Below, one piece after another: positions 50,943 through 63,287 of a DNA stretch of 64,000 bases. How positions within the stretch are numbered: the first letter of the stretch is position 1; every line of letters begins with the position of its first letter. A model generated the notes under the pieces. The model did no database searches. It was not told where the DNA came from and saw nothing but the letters and a program-made list of their open reading frames with translations. Source of the stretch: Antechinus flavipes (taxonomy: Eukaryota); assembly GCF_016432865.1 (NCBI RefSeq), contig NC_067400.1, positions 556,636,001 to 556,700,000 on the forward strand, written 5' to 3'. The position numbers and the translations under genes are program-made.

Positions 50943-53523
50943 TTTTTTTTGGAAGCTGAATATTCTGTGATTATCTTTTTTTTTTTTTATTCTGTTGAAT
51001 GGGAGTGGGGTAAAGAGAAAAGAGAAAGCATATATTACAAAGAGGCAAATATTTAAGGCTAAAGATCCTAGCAATTAGAGAGCCAAAAAAAGAATGAGTT
51101 GCCACAGTATTTCTTGATTTATTATCACTAGCATATGTAAATTCTGTGCCTTTCATTTCCTTTGTGGATTGGTCAATTTAACAGATAATCATTCATTTGA
51201 AGAACAATGGTTACTAAATTATGGGGAATGGGCAAGAGAAATTCTCTCTCCAACTGTTAAAAAAAAAAAAAAAAAAAAAAAGGCTTTTCCTCCCTAGAAA
51301 GGAATATCTAGGAGATAATACAATGCAATTTAATAAAGTCCTAAGTATAAAGCTCACCAACCATATCACACTCCAAGCAATCCCTTCCTGATCCCCATTG
51401 CATTTCAGTTTTCTTTTACTTGTGATTATACTCTTTTTCAGATTATATGTGTCCCAGTTTCTGCCTCTTTAGGATCATAGGACCATATATAGAAAGCTAG
51501 AAGGGATTTCAGAGGTCATCTGGTCCAATCCTTTCATTTTACTGGAAAGAAATGAGTTTCAGGGAAATCACATGATTAGTTTAAAGTCTCACAGTAGAAA
51601 ACATATCAGAGAAGAAATTTGAACTTTAGTAAGGTGTGTTTTCCCATTCTGCTGTTTCTTTCAGAACCACTATATTCTTCTGTAACTTGAACAAATTTAA
51701 CTTACTTTTTAGGAGGCATCTTGGTTACATAGAAAAAAAAAAAAAAAAGGCCAAAGAGTCAAGTAATTATTTGGATTGTAGACATAGCTCTATCATTAAT
51801 TACATGGTCTCAACATGTCATTTCTTCCCCCATATAAAATTAAGAGATTGAACTATATAACCCAATATAAGCTACTTTTTTTAATACTGAGGCAAAAGAA
51901 TAGAGTTCTAGTTTTGAGGTCACAAAGGTCTTTATTGGCACATTCTTGTCACTATTTACTAACTGTGTGATCACAGCCAAAATCTCTTTGAGCCTTAATT
52001 TCTTCAGTATCTACTTCACAGAATGGTTTTATCTCAAATGAGATAATCTAATGAGATGATGTGCATTTAAATGCCAACTATTATTTTATTATTTTAATTC
52101 TAACCTAACCTCTTGGAAATTACTATTTTTCCCCCATTGGATCTCTGCTGATCTTTTGCCTCAATTCCCCTAAGTCATTTCCTCTTTAAAAAATAACACT
52201 GTTTAGTTATGCCAAAGTATTTCCAAAATAATTCTCATAACTGTATGTTACATGTAGATAGTAATGAAGAATCCATACTTCTGAGATATAACTCCAGCCA
52301 AAGATACATCACTCTTAATATGAAAGAAAGAAATTTCCAAACACTGGGCCAGGGATTTTTATTCTCAACAATGGTAATTATCATGTAAACTAGAGAATAA
52401 GGAAAGTGAGATAAGATAGAGATGTGAAACTTACTGAAATTATGATTTCACAGGAATAGAGAAATATCAAGTGGGGAAACTCCAAAGACCTTCCTTTCAG
52501 TTTATAGCCTTTGAGGGATTTCTAGAGCATTGAAAGTCACAGTCAGTAAATGTCAAAGATGAGACCAGGATCCCAAATCTTCCTAGTTTTGAGGCTTTCT
52601 CTATCCACTATGCCCTGGCATTAAGAAAAATATAAGGAAAAACTTGTGATATAAACTAATACAAATTATAGTCATTTATTCATCTACTAAAAAGCATGGA
52701 TAGAGAGATCTTATTCAGTTCATTCCCTTTTTCTACTGTATGAGTGATGATAGTCAAGCCAGATGCCCTACAAGAAAACTCCCCAAATAAACTGCAATGA
52801 AGATAATTAAATGGATTAATAAAACAGTTCTGGACTTTGGAAGATCCCTCTCATAATAAAATCATAAATCTGGTACAGATATGTCAACTACTCAACTGGA
52901 TTGGAACTGGATCCATTATTTCATTTGGGTAGGAGGTCCCACATGATCTTTACCAGTGCAGGACTCTACCTTTTTTTTTTGCAAATTATAGTCTTGGAGG
53001 ATTGCCTAGATCACAGAGAGATTAAGGATCTTTCCTATGATTACATGGTGAATATGTATGAAAAATAGGACTTGAACCAGGTTCTGTCCTGTTTTTCAAG
53101 AACAATTCTTTATGTACTTTACATTCTGACACTCTACTACTTCAGCCTTAGGCTAAATGACACAAATTAATGTAATGACTATATATATTATTAAATGTGA
53201 AGTTAACTTTTTGAAAAATTTAACTGATGAAGACACTAAATGGTTCACATCTACTCAGACTTCAAAGGATTCCATAAAAACCTCCAAATTGTTGTTCATG
53301 CATTATGGGCTTCTCCTCACAACTTGGAGCTTCTTCCAGATAAGGACTCTGTGATTATCTTTCTTTACATGTCTAGTATTTAGCATAACGCCTGGCACAT
53401 AGAATATACCTTTGATAAATCCTTGCTTACTGACAACTTAATATATTCAAATAAATCATTTTGGGGGGATAGTTCATCTCTAAAAAGTTTTCAACATTTT
53501 CCCTGTTACAGAGCCCAGCCCCA

Positions 53524-54471
53524 TCATCGGAGTTTCCCCAAAGAGACCACCTTGAGGATGGCTCGACGGATTTGCTGGGTCTTGACACTGTAGATCACAG
53601 GGTTCATCAAGGGTGGGAAGAGCACTGAGACTGTGCCCATCAGCACATGCACAACAGGAGAAGCATGGCGCCCAAAGCGGTGAACAATGGACAAGCCGAG
53701 CACAGGCACATAGAAGCACAGCACAGCCAGGATGTGGGACACACATGTGTTAAGGGCTTTGAGTCTCTCCTTGGCAGAGGCGATGGAGAGCACGGTGCAG
53801 AGGATAACTGTGTAGGAGACCAGGATAAAGAGCACGTCAGAGCCCATGGCCAACATGATAACGCACAGACCATAGATGCTATTGAAGCGTGTGTCAGAGC
53901 AGGAAAGCCGGATCATGTCCTGGTGTACACAGTAGGCATGAGAGAGGGCCCCCGGGCGGCAGTACTGGAAAGTGAAGAGGCGGAGCGAGGGGGCTGCTGT
54001 GATAGCAGCAGTCCTCAAACCCAGCACTGCCCCAGCTAGGGCCACGCGGGGGCCAGAGAGGATGCTGGAATAGCGCAGTGGGAAGCGAATGGCCACCAGG
54101 CGGTCCAGGGCCATGGCAAAGAGGACAGCAGACTCCATAAAAAAGAAGGAATGGAGGAAATGCAGCTGGAGAATGCAGGGCACCAGCCCAATGGCCCGCG
54201 CATCAAACCACAGTACACCCAGCACGGTGGGCAGAGTCGACATGCACAGACCCAAGTCTGTCACTGCCAGAATCGCCAGGAAGTAGTACATGGGCTGGTG
54301 CAGAGAGATCTCAGTGCGCACCAGGTGGAGGATGGTGATGTTGCCCAGGACAGCCACAAGGTAGCCTGCAAAGATGGGCAGAGAGATCCAGCAGTGAGCC
54401 CACTCCAGACCTGGGAAACCAGTCAGCATAAAGGTGGTAAAGCTGAAATTGGTCCTGGGCAGGTTAGGCAT
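53524..54471 (-). CDS. Class I olfactory receptor, OR51 family, atypical GC-rich member (315 aa from ATG at 54471); subfamily not firmly identified
   Basis: Intact ORF with [59 protein letters not shown]. The ORF track starts at TTG 54495. NAGNAG acceptor (ccaAG aAG) at about 54487. Confidence 0.93.
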   Translation of the reverse strand: MPNLPRTNFSFTTFMLTGFPGLEWAHCWISLPIFAGYLVAVLGNITILHLVRTEISLHQPMYYFLAILAVTDLGLCMSTLPTVLGVLWFDARAIGLVPCILQLHFLHSFFFMESAVLFAMALDRLVAIRFPLRYSSILSGPRVALAGAVLGLRTAAITAAPSLRLFTFQYCRPGALSHAYCVHQDMIRLSCSDTRFNSIYGLCVIMLAMGSDVLFILVSYTVILCTVLSIASAKERLKALNTCVSHILAVLCFYVPVLGLSIVHRFGRHASPVVHVLMGTVSVLFPPLMNPVIYSVKTQQIRRAILKVVSLGKLR

Positions 54472-55449
54472 CCTTGGAAATTCTTCTTGGGACAAATTGG
54501 TATGGAGTAGTTAATGAAACAAAATTTTTAAAAAGGCCAGTCTCTCCCATTAATCCCAAACCATCACTTGCCTTCTTGTTACCCTAACACAAGCTGAATC
54601 TCCATAACCTGCTTTTGACACAGATTTTAGTCAAAATTTCTATTCCTTCCTACCACCATTCTACCGTGCCCCTTTGTATACTTTTGTCAACTGCTAAGAT
54701 TTGGATTATTTGCACTATGAATTTTCTCTGATATCCATAATGCTGCTATAGAAAAATGTAGAGTTGTAAAGATTTGGCCTTTACTAAATCCATGTCATTT
54801 ACCATTTAGTGGGCATTCCCTGCTTCTCAGAAATCGTAATATCTTTGACTCTGACTGATAAAAACTCCCCCCCCAAATAGTTCAAGTCCTTCCTCTTACC
54901 CTAGATACACCCTGCTTTTTACCAATGAGCATACATGCAAAAGTCATCTACTATGATTTTTTTTTTCATTTATTTACTACTTATCAATGTTTCCTTTCAG
55001 GTAAATCACCTTTAAAGCTTTTGATCTCACTCATATTATTTGTAGAATGAAGCAACTAGCTAGATTATTTCTAAGGTTATTTCTAGCTGTAAAATTCAAG
55101 AATTCTCCCTATTTATTCCTCAAGATGTGAGCAGATGAGTAAACTTTTGGTTTTTTTTTGTTTGTTTGTTTGTTTGTTTGTTTTTTAGTAGGGGAGATAT
55201 ATATGTATATCTGTGTTGCAGAAATGTTGGATATATCAAAAGAAAATACATTGATACATTTTGAAAAAAACTTTGTTTATGATCCGAAGACATTTCAATC
55301 TAAACACTACTTTATACTTCTATCAAATCCTGGAGAATACTCAATGCAAATCTCCTATCATCAGAATTTGGTTTGGTAATTAAGCTATATGTACAGTAAA
55401 AATTAATTTCATCCATTATTCTTATTTATGCCACTAAATAATTAACATC

Positions 55450-56320
55450 ACATCAATGTCCTTATGTATCCCCTTTCCTCCCTTTAGCAGCTAAAGACCT
55501 CATTATATTTTTCCAGAAAATATTGAGGCCATTCATAGAGTACTCTCTTCTGCTCTCCTTTTTATTTTATATCTCTTAGATATTTCCCCCTACTATCTTC
55601 TCCATCATTCATTCTCCCATGGAGATGTGGCCACTCTCTTTATAGAGGCCAGCATCTCTTTATTAATTTGTGTTCCTCTCCCCTCACCTTCTCCAGCAAA
55701 TTTCTCTTCAATTTATTCCTGTCTACTCACATCCTTCCCTACTCCCATTCATTCTCATCTCAGTTGATAAATGATTTTCCTAATGTGCAAGTCTGATGAA
55801 GTTATCCCCAAAGCAGTAAACTCCATCTCTTCCTTATTGCCTCCAGGATGAAAGCTAAAGTCTTGGGTTTGGCTTGTAAAATACTTTCATAACCTGACCT
55901 CTACCCTTCAGGTCTTCTACATTTGTCACTCACCGACATTCTATGATATAGATATACTAATCTAATAGTTATTACTCTGACACAATACTTTATGTTTATT
56001 TCTTCACTGTTCCCCATGACTGTAATGCTTCCCTTCTTCACTTCTACTGTGTAATTTCCTAGGTTTCTTTCAAGATTCAGGCCAAATATTATTTTCTTGA
56101 GGAGGACTTTCCCTGTTCTTCCAGTTGCCAGTACACTCCCCTTAGAGATTATTTTCACCTATTCCGTAAAAATTCTGTATGTAAAAAAGTATTTACATAC
56201 TTAAATTATAATATAATCTTCTTAAAGAAAGAGGCCATGTTTTTGCCTTTCTTTATATCCCTAGGAAACAATGCATGTCAAAAAATAAGTACTTGAAAAA
56301 TGCTTCTTGAGTAATTGATT
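55450..56320 (+). mobile_element. LINE-2 fragments including the 3' end
   Basis: gtaaactccatctcttccttattgcctccagg...gaggccatgtttttgcctttctttatatccc...aataagtacttgaaaaatgctt. Confidence 0.65.
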
Positions 56321-58990
56321 TCCTATGCTCATTGTCTCCTCTAGTTTTAATAAGAAACCCCTTCCTCTCCACATGGAAAAATTATTTAACACGCTATATT
56401 CCAATCAACCTACCTCAAGATCCCTGAGATAGTTTTCTTCAATTGTGCTTTCTCTAATCAATATCTTTATTCTCTCCTTCATTTGCTCTTTATCCTTAGT
56501 CTTCAAACATGTATAGTGCCTCTCTGAGTCGAAAAACACTTTATTTAAGCCAAATATTTCCTGTGCTTATTATCTCCTTTCTTCTTTTTTTGTAGTGAGT
56601 AATGAGTTTCCTTTCTGATACCTACTAAAAATGTTTTTTCTAAATTCATCAATATGGAAAAGAGGAAAAGAAAAAGTGACCTGTCATATCAAAGGCTTTT
56701 CTCCATTCTAATTTTCCTTGAATTCTCTAAATTCATTGACACTTTTAATTCTCCATTTGTTATTGAAAATCTTCGCTAGGTTCCATGATATTGCATAATC
56801 CAAATATCCTTCTCTTCTTAACAAAATTTCTCATTTTGGTCCAACAAGGGGAAAGTATTGTCCTTGAAGTTAGTAGACATGGGAATCAGGAGTCCTACAT
56901 TCAAATCTGTGCTTGGAGACTGATTATATGAGAAAGTCCCTTAATTTCTCTGAGCCTCAATTTTTTTTTTACCTGCAAAATAGAGCATATTCATGCTAAT
57001 ATTGCCCATTTCATGAACTTCCTTTAATAAAGCACTAATATATGTTAATGTCCTGTCATGATCTTTCATCAGACTTAGCCTGCACTAGACACTCTGTCTA
57101 GGTTTATAAAAGTGATATCAATATAGCTGAATCTCCACTTGATCTGTACATGGTGGGACATCCTACATTTGTTATCCAAGGACACATTTCTCTCAGCTTA
57201 GAAAGAATTCATGAGTAGGCTGGCTGCTGGGAGAGAGATAAGATATCAAGACTCAACATCTTTCTACCAACTTGTGAAAGGAAGACAATTCTACAAAAGG
57301 AGGAAGTTCTTAGACTATAAAATTAAGGATTTCTCAAGTAATGATTTACTGTTTTTATTATTTTTGTTATTATATTTAAGAAGTCCTCAATATTAGTTTT
57401 TGATGTTCTTTTCTTTTTCTCCAGAGAGTTGGAGGAAAGGGAAATAAAGGGCCGAAGAAAAATTAAAGAATAAAGAAAGGGAATACCTAAATGATAACAA
57501 TTCAAATTTAAATAACACTCCAAAGCTTACAGAGAACTTGCTCAATAATTCTGAGTCAAAAAGCACACATATTATTATTATTCCCATTTTACAAATTATT
57601 ATCTATAAAGACTATCTCCTAAGGAAATCCATTCAATTGATGGACAGTCTGACCATTAGATATAAGTTACAAACAAACAAAATTTGTCACCAAAATGCCC
57701 AATGTTATCCTCTGGTCATCAAACTTCTTCCATACAACAAATTTTCCAATAGCTGAAAAAAGTAATCTCATCCTCTCTCAGGAATAGTATTTATAAAGAA
57801 AAAAAAAGGATAATTGAAAAAATAGAAGAAAAACTTTAAAGAGTGAGAAAATTATCACTAAGTATCTAAGTTTTGAATTTTTTTCATTGATTACTGATTT
57901 AATTTTGCTCAAACTTATGTTTGTAAATGATTCTTTGAGCTTTTAAAATGTATGCTGTGTTTAACTTATATTTGTTTAAATAAGGTACTTTTTAGTCTTA
58001 GAAAAGGCAGGGACAGAGTCTTGTAATAATTAGTTTAAAGCATTATAGAAACCTGAATAAAGGAATTTCCCTTCTAGAGGAATGGGAGCCTCTCTGGTGA
58101 TTCTGATGCCATGTTGCCTAACCAACATGCATTTTCTTCACTATGTATTCGTGCCTTTCAAAAAATGGCACAATATTCCATCTTTGGACTTATTATGACA
58201 GAAAACAAGCCAGCAAGCCAAAAAGCATTTATTAAACTTGTTGTCAGTCTGGCTTATTGTGTACCCACACAATTATGTTGAGTCCTGGGGATAAAGTTAC
58301 AAGTAAAAAGAAAAATGCTTCCTGCCCTCAAGTAGTTTACATTCTATGGGGAAAATACAAAACACAAATCACTTGGGTTGAGATGGCAGCTGAGGTATGG
58401 TGACCACAAAGTCAAGACCAAATCTGAAATAGGAATGGCAGATGGCAGGCCTGGGCCCACCTCCTAAATGGAGGTCCAGGAGGACCTCACTAATGGGCCA
58501 AAGAAGCCAACATGATTTAGAGAGGTTTCAGATGAGGCAGCAGCTGAGACAGAATAACAAAATCTAAAAAATTAAAAGTAGGGTTGGGAGAATAAGCCTC
58601 TGAAGCAGCAAAAGGTCCATAAGGACAGTAATACTTAATTCTCCAGACTTATCATATCCCAAACGCTAGAAATGATATTTTAAATTGACTTCTTTTACTT
58701 TGAACTCTTTGAAATCCATAATCCTACAGAATAAAGAACAAATCATATTATACAAGATATCTACCTCCCCAAAATTCAGGAACTCTTAAAATGAAATGGT
58801 CTCTTTCTACCAAAGTTCTTATCATTCACATTTCACTAAACAATTCTTTTGTTTAAGTTAAAAGTAGGATCATAATAGCTATTTTCTTTACATTATCTAT
58901 CTTGTGAAGAGAGAAATTAACCAAAAGGCAAAGACAAGAATGCTTCTTTCAGACCAGAAAGACCATCATAATCTAATAGGATTATAGGAG

Positions 58991-59690
58991 TTAACTGGGT
59001 TTATATTAAAGAAGGGAAAGGGACCCACATGTGCAAAAATGTTTGTGGCAGCCCTTTTTGTAGTGGCTAGAAATTGAAAATTGAATGGATGACCATCAAT
59101 TGGAGAATGGATGAATAAATTGTGGTATATAAATGCTATGGAATATTATTTTTCTATAAGAAATGACCAGTTGGATGAATAGAGAGGCTTGGAGAGACTT
59201 ACATGAACTGATGCCGAGTGAAATGAGTAGAATCAGGAGATCATTATATACTTCAACAACAATACTATATGAGAATCAGTTCTGATAGACGTGGCTCTCT
59301 TCAACAATGAAAGGATCCAAATTAGTTCCAACTGATCAGTATGAACAGAATCAGCTATGCTCAGCAAAAGAACACTGGGAAATGAGTGTGGACCATAACA
59401 TAGCATGTACTCTTTCTGTTATTGTTTGCTTGCATCTTTGTTTTTCTTCCCCAGGTTATTTTTACCTTCTTTCTAAATTCAATTTTTCTTGTGCAGCAAG
59501 ATAACTGTATTAATATACATATATTGTATTTAACATATACTTATTTAACATATATGGGACTACCTGCCATCTAAGGGAGAAGGTGGAAGGAAGGAGAGGA
59601 AAAGTTGGAAAAGAAGTTTTTGCAAGGGTGAATGTTGAAAAATTACCCATGCATATGTTTTGCCAATAAAAAGCTATAATTAAAAAAAAT
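58991..59690 (+). mobile_element. 5'-truncated L1 3' end inserted in a MIR
   Basis: 11 bp TSD GATTATAGGAG (58980-58990 / 59691-59701), an A tail, and gggacccacatgtgcaaaaatgtttgtggcagc from the end of ORF2. Confidence 0.92.
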
Positions 59691-60688
59691 GATTATAGGA
59701 GCTAGGAATATTGAAACACATTATAGTATGAAGGTCTGGTCTAGGACTCAAGAAAATTATTCAGATCCTAAATCTGACATTCACTGCCTATGTGATCATG
59801 TGAAAACTGAACCTCAATTTTCTCATCTATAAAATAAGGGGTTGCCTTTAATGTGCCTTCTTACTATATATCTAAGATCCCATAATTATGTAGTCCAACC
59901 TCCTTGGTGTACCTTCTTTACTAGGAAGGAGAGGCAGGATCCAAACTCAGGTCTTCTGACACCTTTCTATTATACTCATTTCCTCTTTAGCAGATGTCCA
60001 AATATTCAATGAAGTCCTAAGACTCAAGTATATTCTATGTCACTATCAGTTTGGTGATCCATTTGCAAGTCATTCCTTAGACAACTCTTCATGGCAGACA
60101 CCATAAGTCTAGTCTTAACCCATTACTGGTGTTCTTGATCAGTCTGTGGGTCCTCACCCAAATATATGTGAGCATACATCTCACCTCATGGTCATGTGCT
60201 TTCAAGCATTTATCTTCCTGATTTATGATGGCATCTAGTTTTTATTTTCCATTTAAAGGCAGAATATCCTTCTACCAGCACATTAATCACAAGAAATATA
60301 GTGATCACAGTGACTTGAGAACTGTTTCCAAAGGCAAGTTAGGATAAAGCTCTAATTTTCATACTGTCTGTGAGATCCTAACCTCTTAAGATGCTAGACA
60401 ACTTCTTAAGTTGCAGAGAAAATTGCTGACCTGTTTGGCAGAAAGAATGTCCCAATCTATGAGTGCTCTATGAAATCACTTTTCCAGTCTTTTTCCTAAT
60501 AATATTTCACATACCAACAAATCTCAGTGATAACTATGATGTTGAATTTACCTGCTCTTAGCAAGATATCTAACTGACTGTATTTCTTTGCCATTTTCTG
60601 TGCATTGGTATCTGATCTCACAAATGTCTATTCTCTATCACTTCCTCTTATGAATTATGATTCTCAAGTACTATTCTTTTCTTTAGGT

Positions 60689-60884
60689 CAGAAGTTCTTA
60701 ACCTGGACTCCATGAACCTGGATTTTCTTTAATATTTTTCTAACTGCACTTCAATATAAACACTTTCCTTTTTAATCCTGCTTATTTTATACATGTAAAA
60801 TACATTATGAGGAGTTCATAAGTTCTACTAGATTACCAAGGAGGTCCAAAATGAAGAAAAAAAAATGCTAAGCAAAACCTCCTG
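60689..60884. mobile_element. hAT-Charlie (MER5-like) MITE
   Basis: Starts cagaagttcttaacctgg and ends with the degenerate inverted terminus gctaagcaaaacctcctg; about 195 bp. Confidence 0.6.
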
Positions 60885-62661
60885 TTCTCTGTAGATTTCA
60901 TTTAATTGTTAGATGTAAGATCTTTTCTCAACCTTCTCTTTTTTTCAGTTTAAATTGAAAATATGACATATCTTTTGACTACATTGCTTTTACTTTCTGC
61001 TAACAAAGAAATCCAAGAATAGGGAGGTGACATTCTGTACTTATAGGTCTGAGAAGAATGAGAAAAGAAAAGTCTGAAAGACAGAGCAGCCTGAAAAAAT
61101 GTGGGAAGGGGAGAGAGACAGATATAGAGGCAAAGATACAGAGAAAGACAGAGCCAGAGGAGACAGAGACAGATAGGGTCTGAGGTAAAGAGAGAAGGAA
61201 ATATTCAACATCTCAGGAAGGGTGGGCTAAGAGGAGGAGGAAGTTAGACTATGGTGAGAAGAAAGACTCGGCAAATGAGACTTAGTGAAAAGAAGTAGAA
61301 AATACTGACCCTACAATGGTATTTCTCTGAGGCCATTTAATTCAGGATTTTGTCTTTTGACATGATTGTTCTTTCTTGATGAGATATGAATGTACCTAAT
61401 CTTTCAAAACCTCCAGGACTGGAAATTCTGTGACCACTTTCCATGACTCATGTGCTACAATTCCTAGGGGAAACATAGCAGTAATGGGGCCTCCTGAATT
61501 TAGGATGCTTTCCTTCTAACAATCAGTCTGATTCTAAAGTTCTCTGGCCTTAGGATAGTCCTACAATCATAGCTGATCGTCAAATAGATAATCTGCTGGG
61601 TTGTGTTATGCCCTGAATAAAATTACTATGGCCACCTACTTCCCTTCCTTGCCATTAGGACTGGAGGAATTGCATCAGGAAAAGCCTTGACATACCGTTG
61701 AGTCATAAACTCCAGGTGCTTAATCTCAATCCTTGCTGAGATGATTCCCAATCCTTTTGAGTACTGCTTCACTGTCTCCTGCCCTCAACCTTCTTATTTT
61801 AATCCTATCCTGTCAAGATTAAGTTATGATCCTTTCCTGGAATCAAGGCTTGTCTGCCCACCCAGTGTCCTTGTCCCCCTTATCTGCCTTTGTTTCCCCT
61901 ATAAGATTGTACATTCAGATTATTTATTCTGTTTTCTAACCCTAAATAGGTAAAACTCTATATAAATTCCCAACCTCAGTTTCTCTGGGTATAATGATTT
62001 TGAACATGAATTTAATTTGGTCAGCTAGCCACATTAAAAAATTAAAAACCAATCTCTACCATACCTCAATTTCTCTAGCATTACAAGTGATAATCAAATT
62101 CCTGAGACAATAGTGAATAGAATACTCCTCATTTCTACTTCTAGGCCATAAAATTAGCATATTAATGACATGAAGAACTGGATAAATTTGTCTTCTTGTC
62201 CTTTTGGAATTTAGCCCACTTCACTTGGCATTACAATGACAATAAACTTTGCCCCTTGACTTAGAGATGGGTTCAGGCCTGCCAAATCTTTTGAGACACC
62301 TTTCTATACCAATCTGCCACTCCAACCTTTTAAGGTCTCCCTTCTGAATCTCCACAATGACCACCATCAGTATCTCACTCAGTTATTGAGCTACAGCATT
62401 TCTCTCTTATATCTCTTTCCATGTAGCTTCAAACCTTTCTCTTGTGTTCTATTTTTTGAAATCTGCTATGTGGGATTTGAAAATAGTAGAAAGACTGCTA
62501 GATATATAGTTAAGAGTCTGTATTTCCAGGCTCTATTACTGAAAAGCTATATAGCATGAGACAAATCTTTCATGTAAGAGATTTGAATCAAAAAGGGTTA
62601 TCTAATAATTAACCTCCTTGATTCAAAGTACTGTATTGAAGATCAAGTGAATTTGTGGAAG

Positions 62662-62917
62662 AGAGGTGTAGTGATGCACACCTACAGGTCTTGATACTGA
62701 AGAAGCTGAAACTGGTGGATCACTTAGGTTTGGGAGTTCTGAGATGCGGTACAACTGAAGCCCATCAAGTACCATGTTTGAACAATATATGAACTTTTCC
62801 AGATAAGAGACCAGCAGGTTACATGAGAAGGGGTGAATTAACTCAGATCTAAAGTGAAGTTTAGCAATGGGGTGGGGCCAATGACAGGGTCTGCGCAAGC
62901 AGATCCAGTCTCAAAAA
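62662..62917 (+). pseudogene. 7SL (SRP) RNA retrocopy or 7SL-derived SINE
   Basis: Colinear with 7SL: aggtgtagtgatgcacacc (GGGCGCGGTGGCGCGTGCC, CpG-decayed), ggtggatcactt..ggagttctg, gaccagcaggttacatgagaaggggtgaa (S domain), ending agatccagtctc plus an A tail. Confidence 0.85.
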
Positions 62918-62954
62918 TTGATTGATTAATAAGAAAAATAAAAGTCTTTGAAAA

Positions 62955-63105
62955 GGGGTAGCTAGGTTGCACAGTGGTTGCATCAGCCCTGAAGTCAGGT
63001 GGACTTGAATTCAAATATGACCTCAGACACTTAACCTTTCCTAGCTGTAAGACCCTGGGCAAGTCATTTAACCCCAATTGCCGCAGCAAAAAATAAAAAT
63101 AAAAT
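62955..63105 (+). mobile_element. Full-length WSINE1-type tRNA SINE
   Basis: ggggtagctaggttgcacagtgg (A box)...gacttgaattcaaat (B box)...aaccccaattgcc plus an A tail; 17 bp TSD ATAAAAGTCTTTGAAAA (62938-62954 / 63106-63122). Confidence 0.93.
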
Positions 63106-63287
63106 ATAAAAGTCTTTGAAAAGTAAAAAGATTGCAAAAATGTAAGTGATAGGTATTGTTAATACTTAATATTCTTTCTCTCCTATCCCCTCCTATTTCC
63201 TTAGGTCAATAATTCAAGATTCTGTTCCAGCCATTAGAGATCATCTTCTGGCAGGGCTGAATTCCAGTCCCTATACTCTTCATATTT

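Noticed and set aside
53480-54510. Long overlapping antisense and alternate-frame ORFs (e.g. 53647-54039, 54151-54510), plus similar ones at 1581-1814 and 42866-43765
   Set aside because: They are shadows of OR coding sequence with GC-rich codon usage, and show no independent start context or homology.
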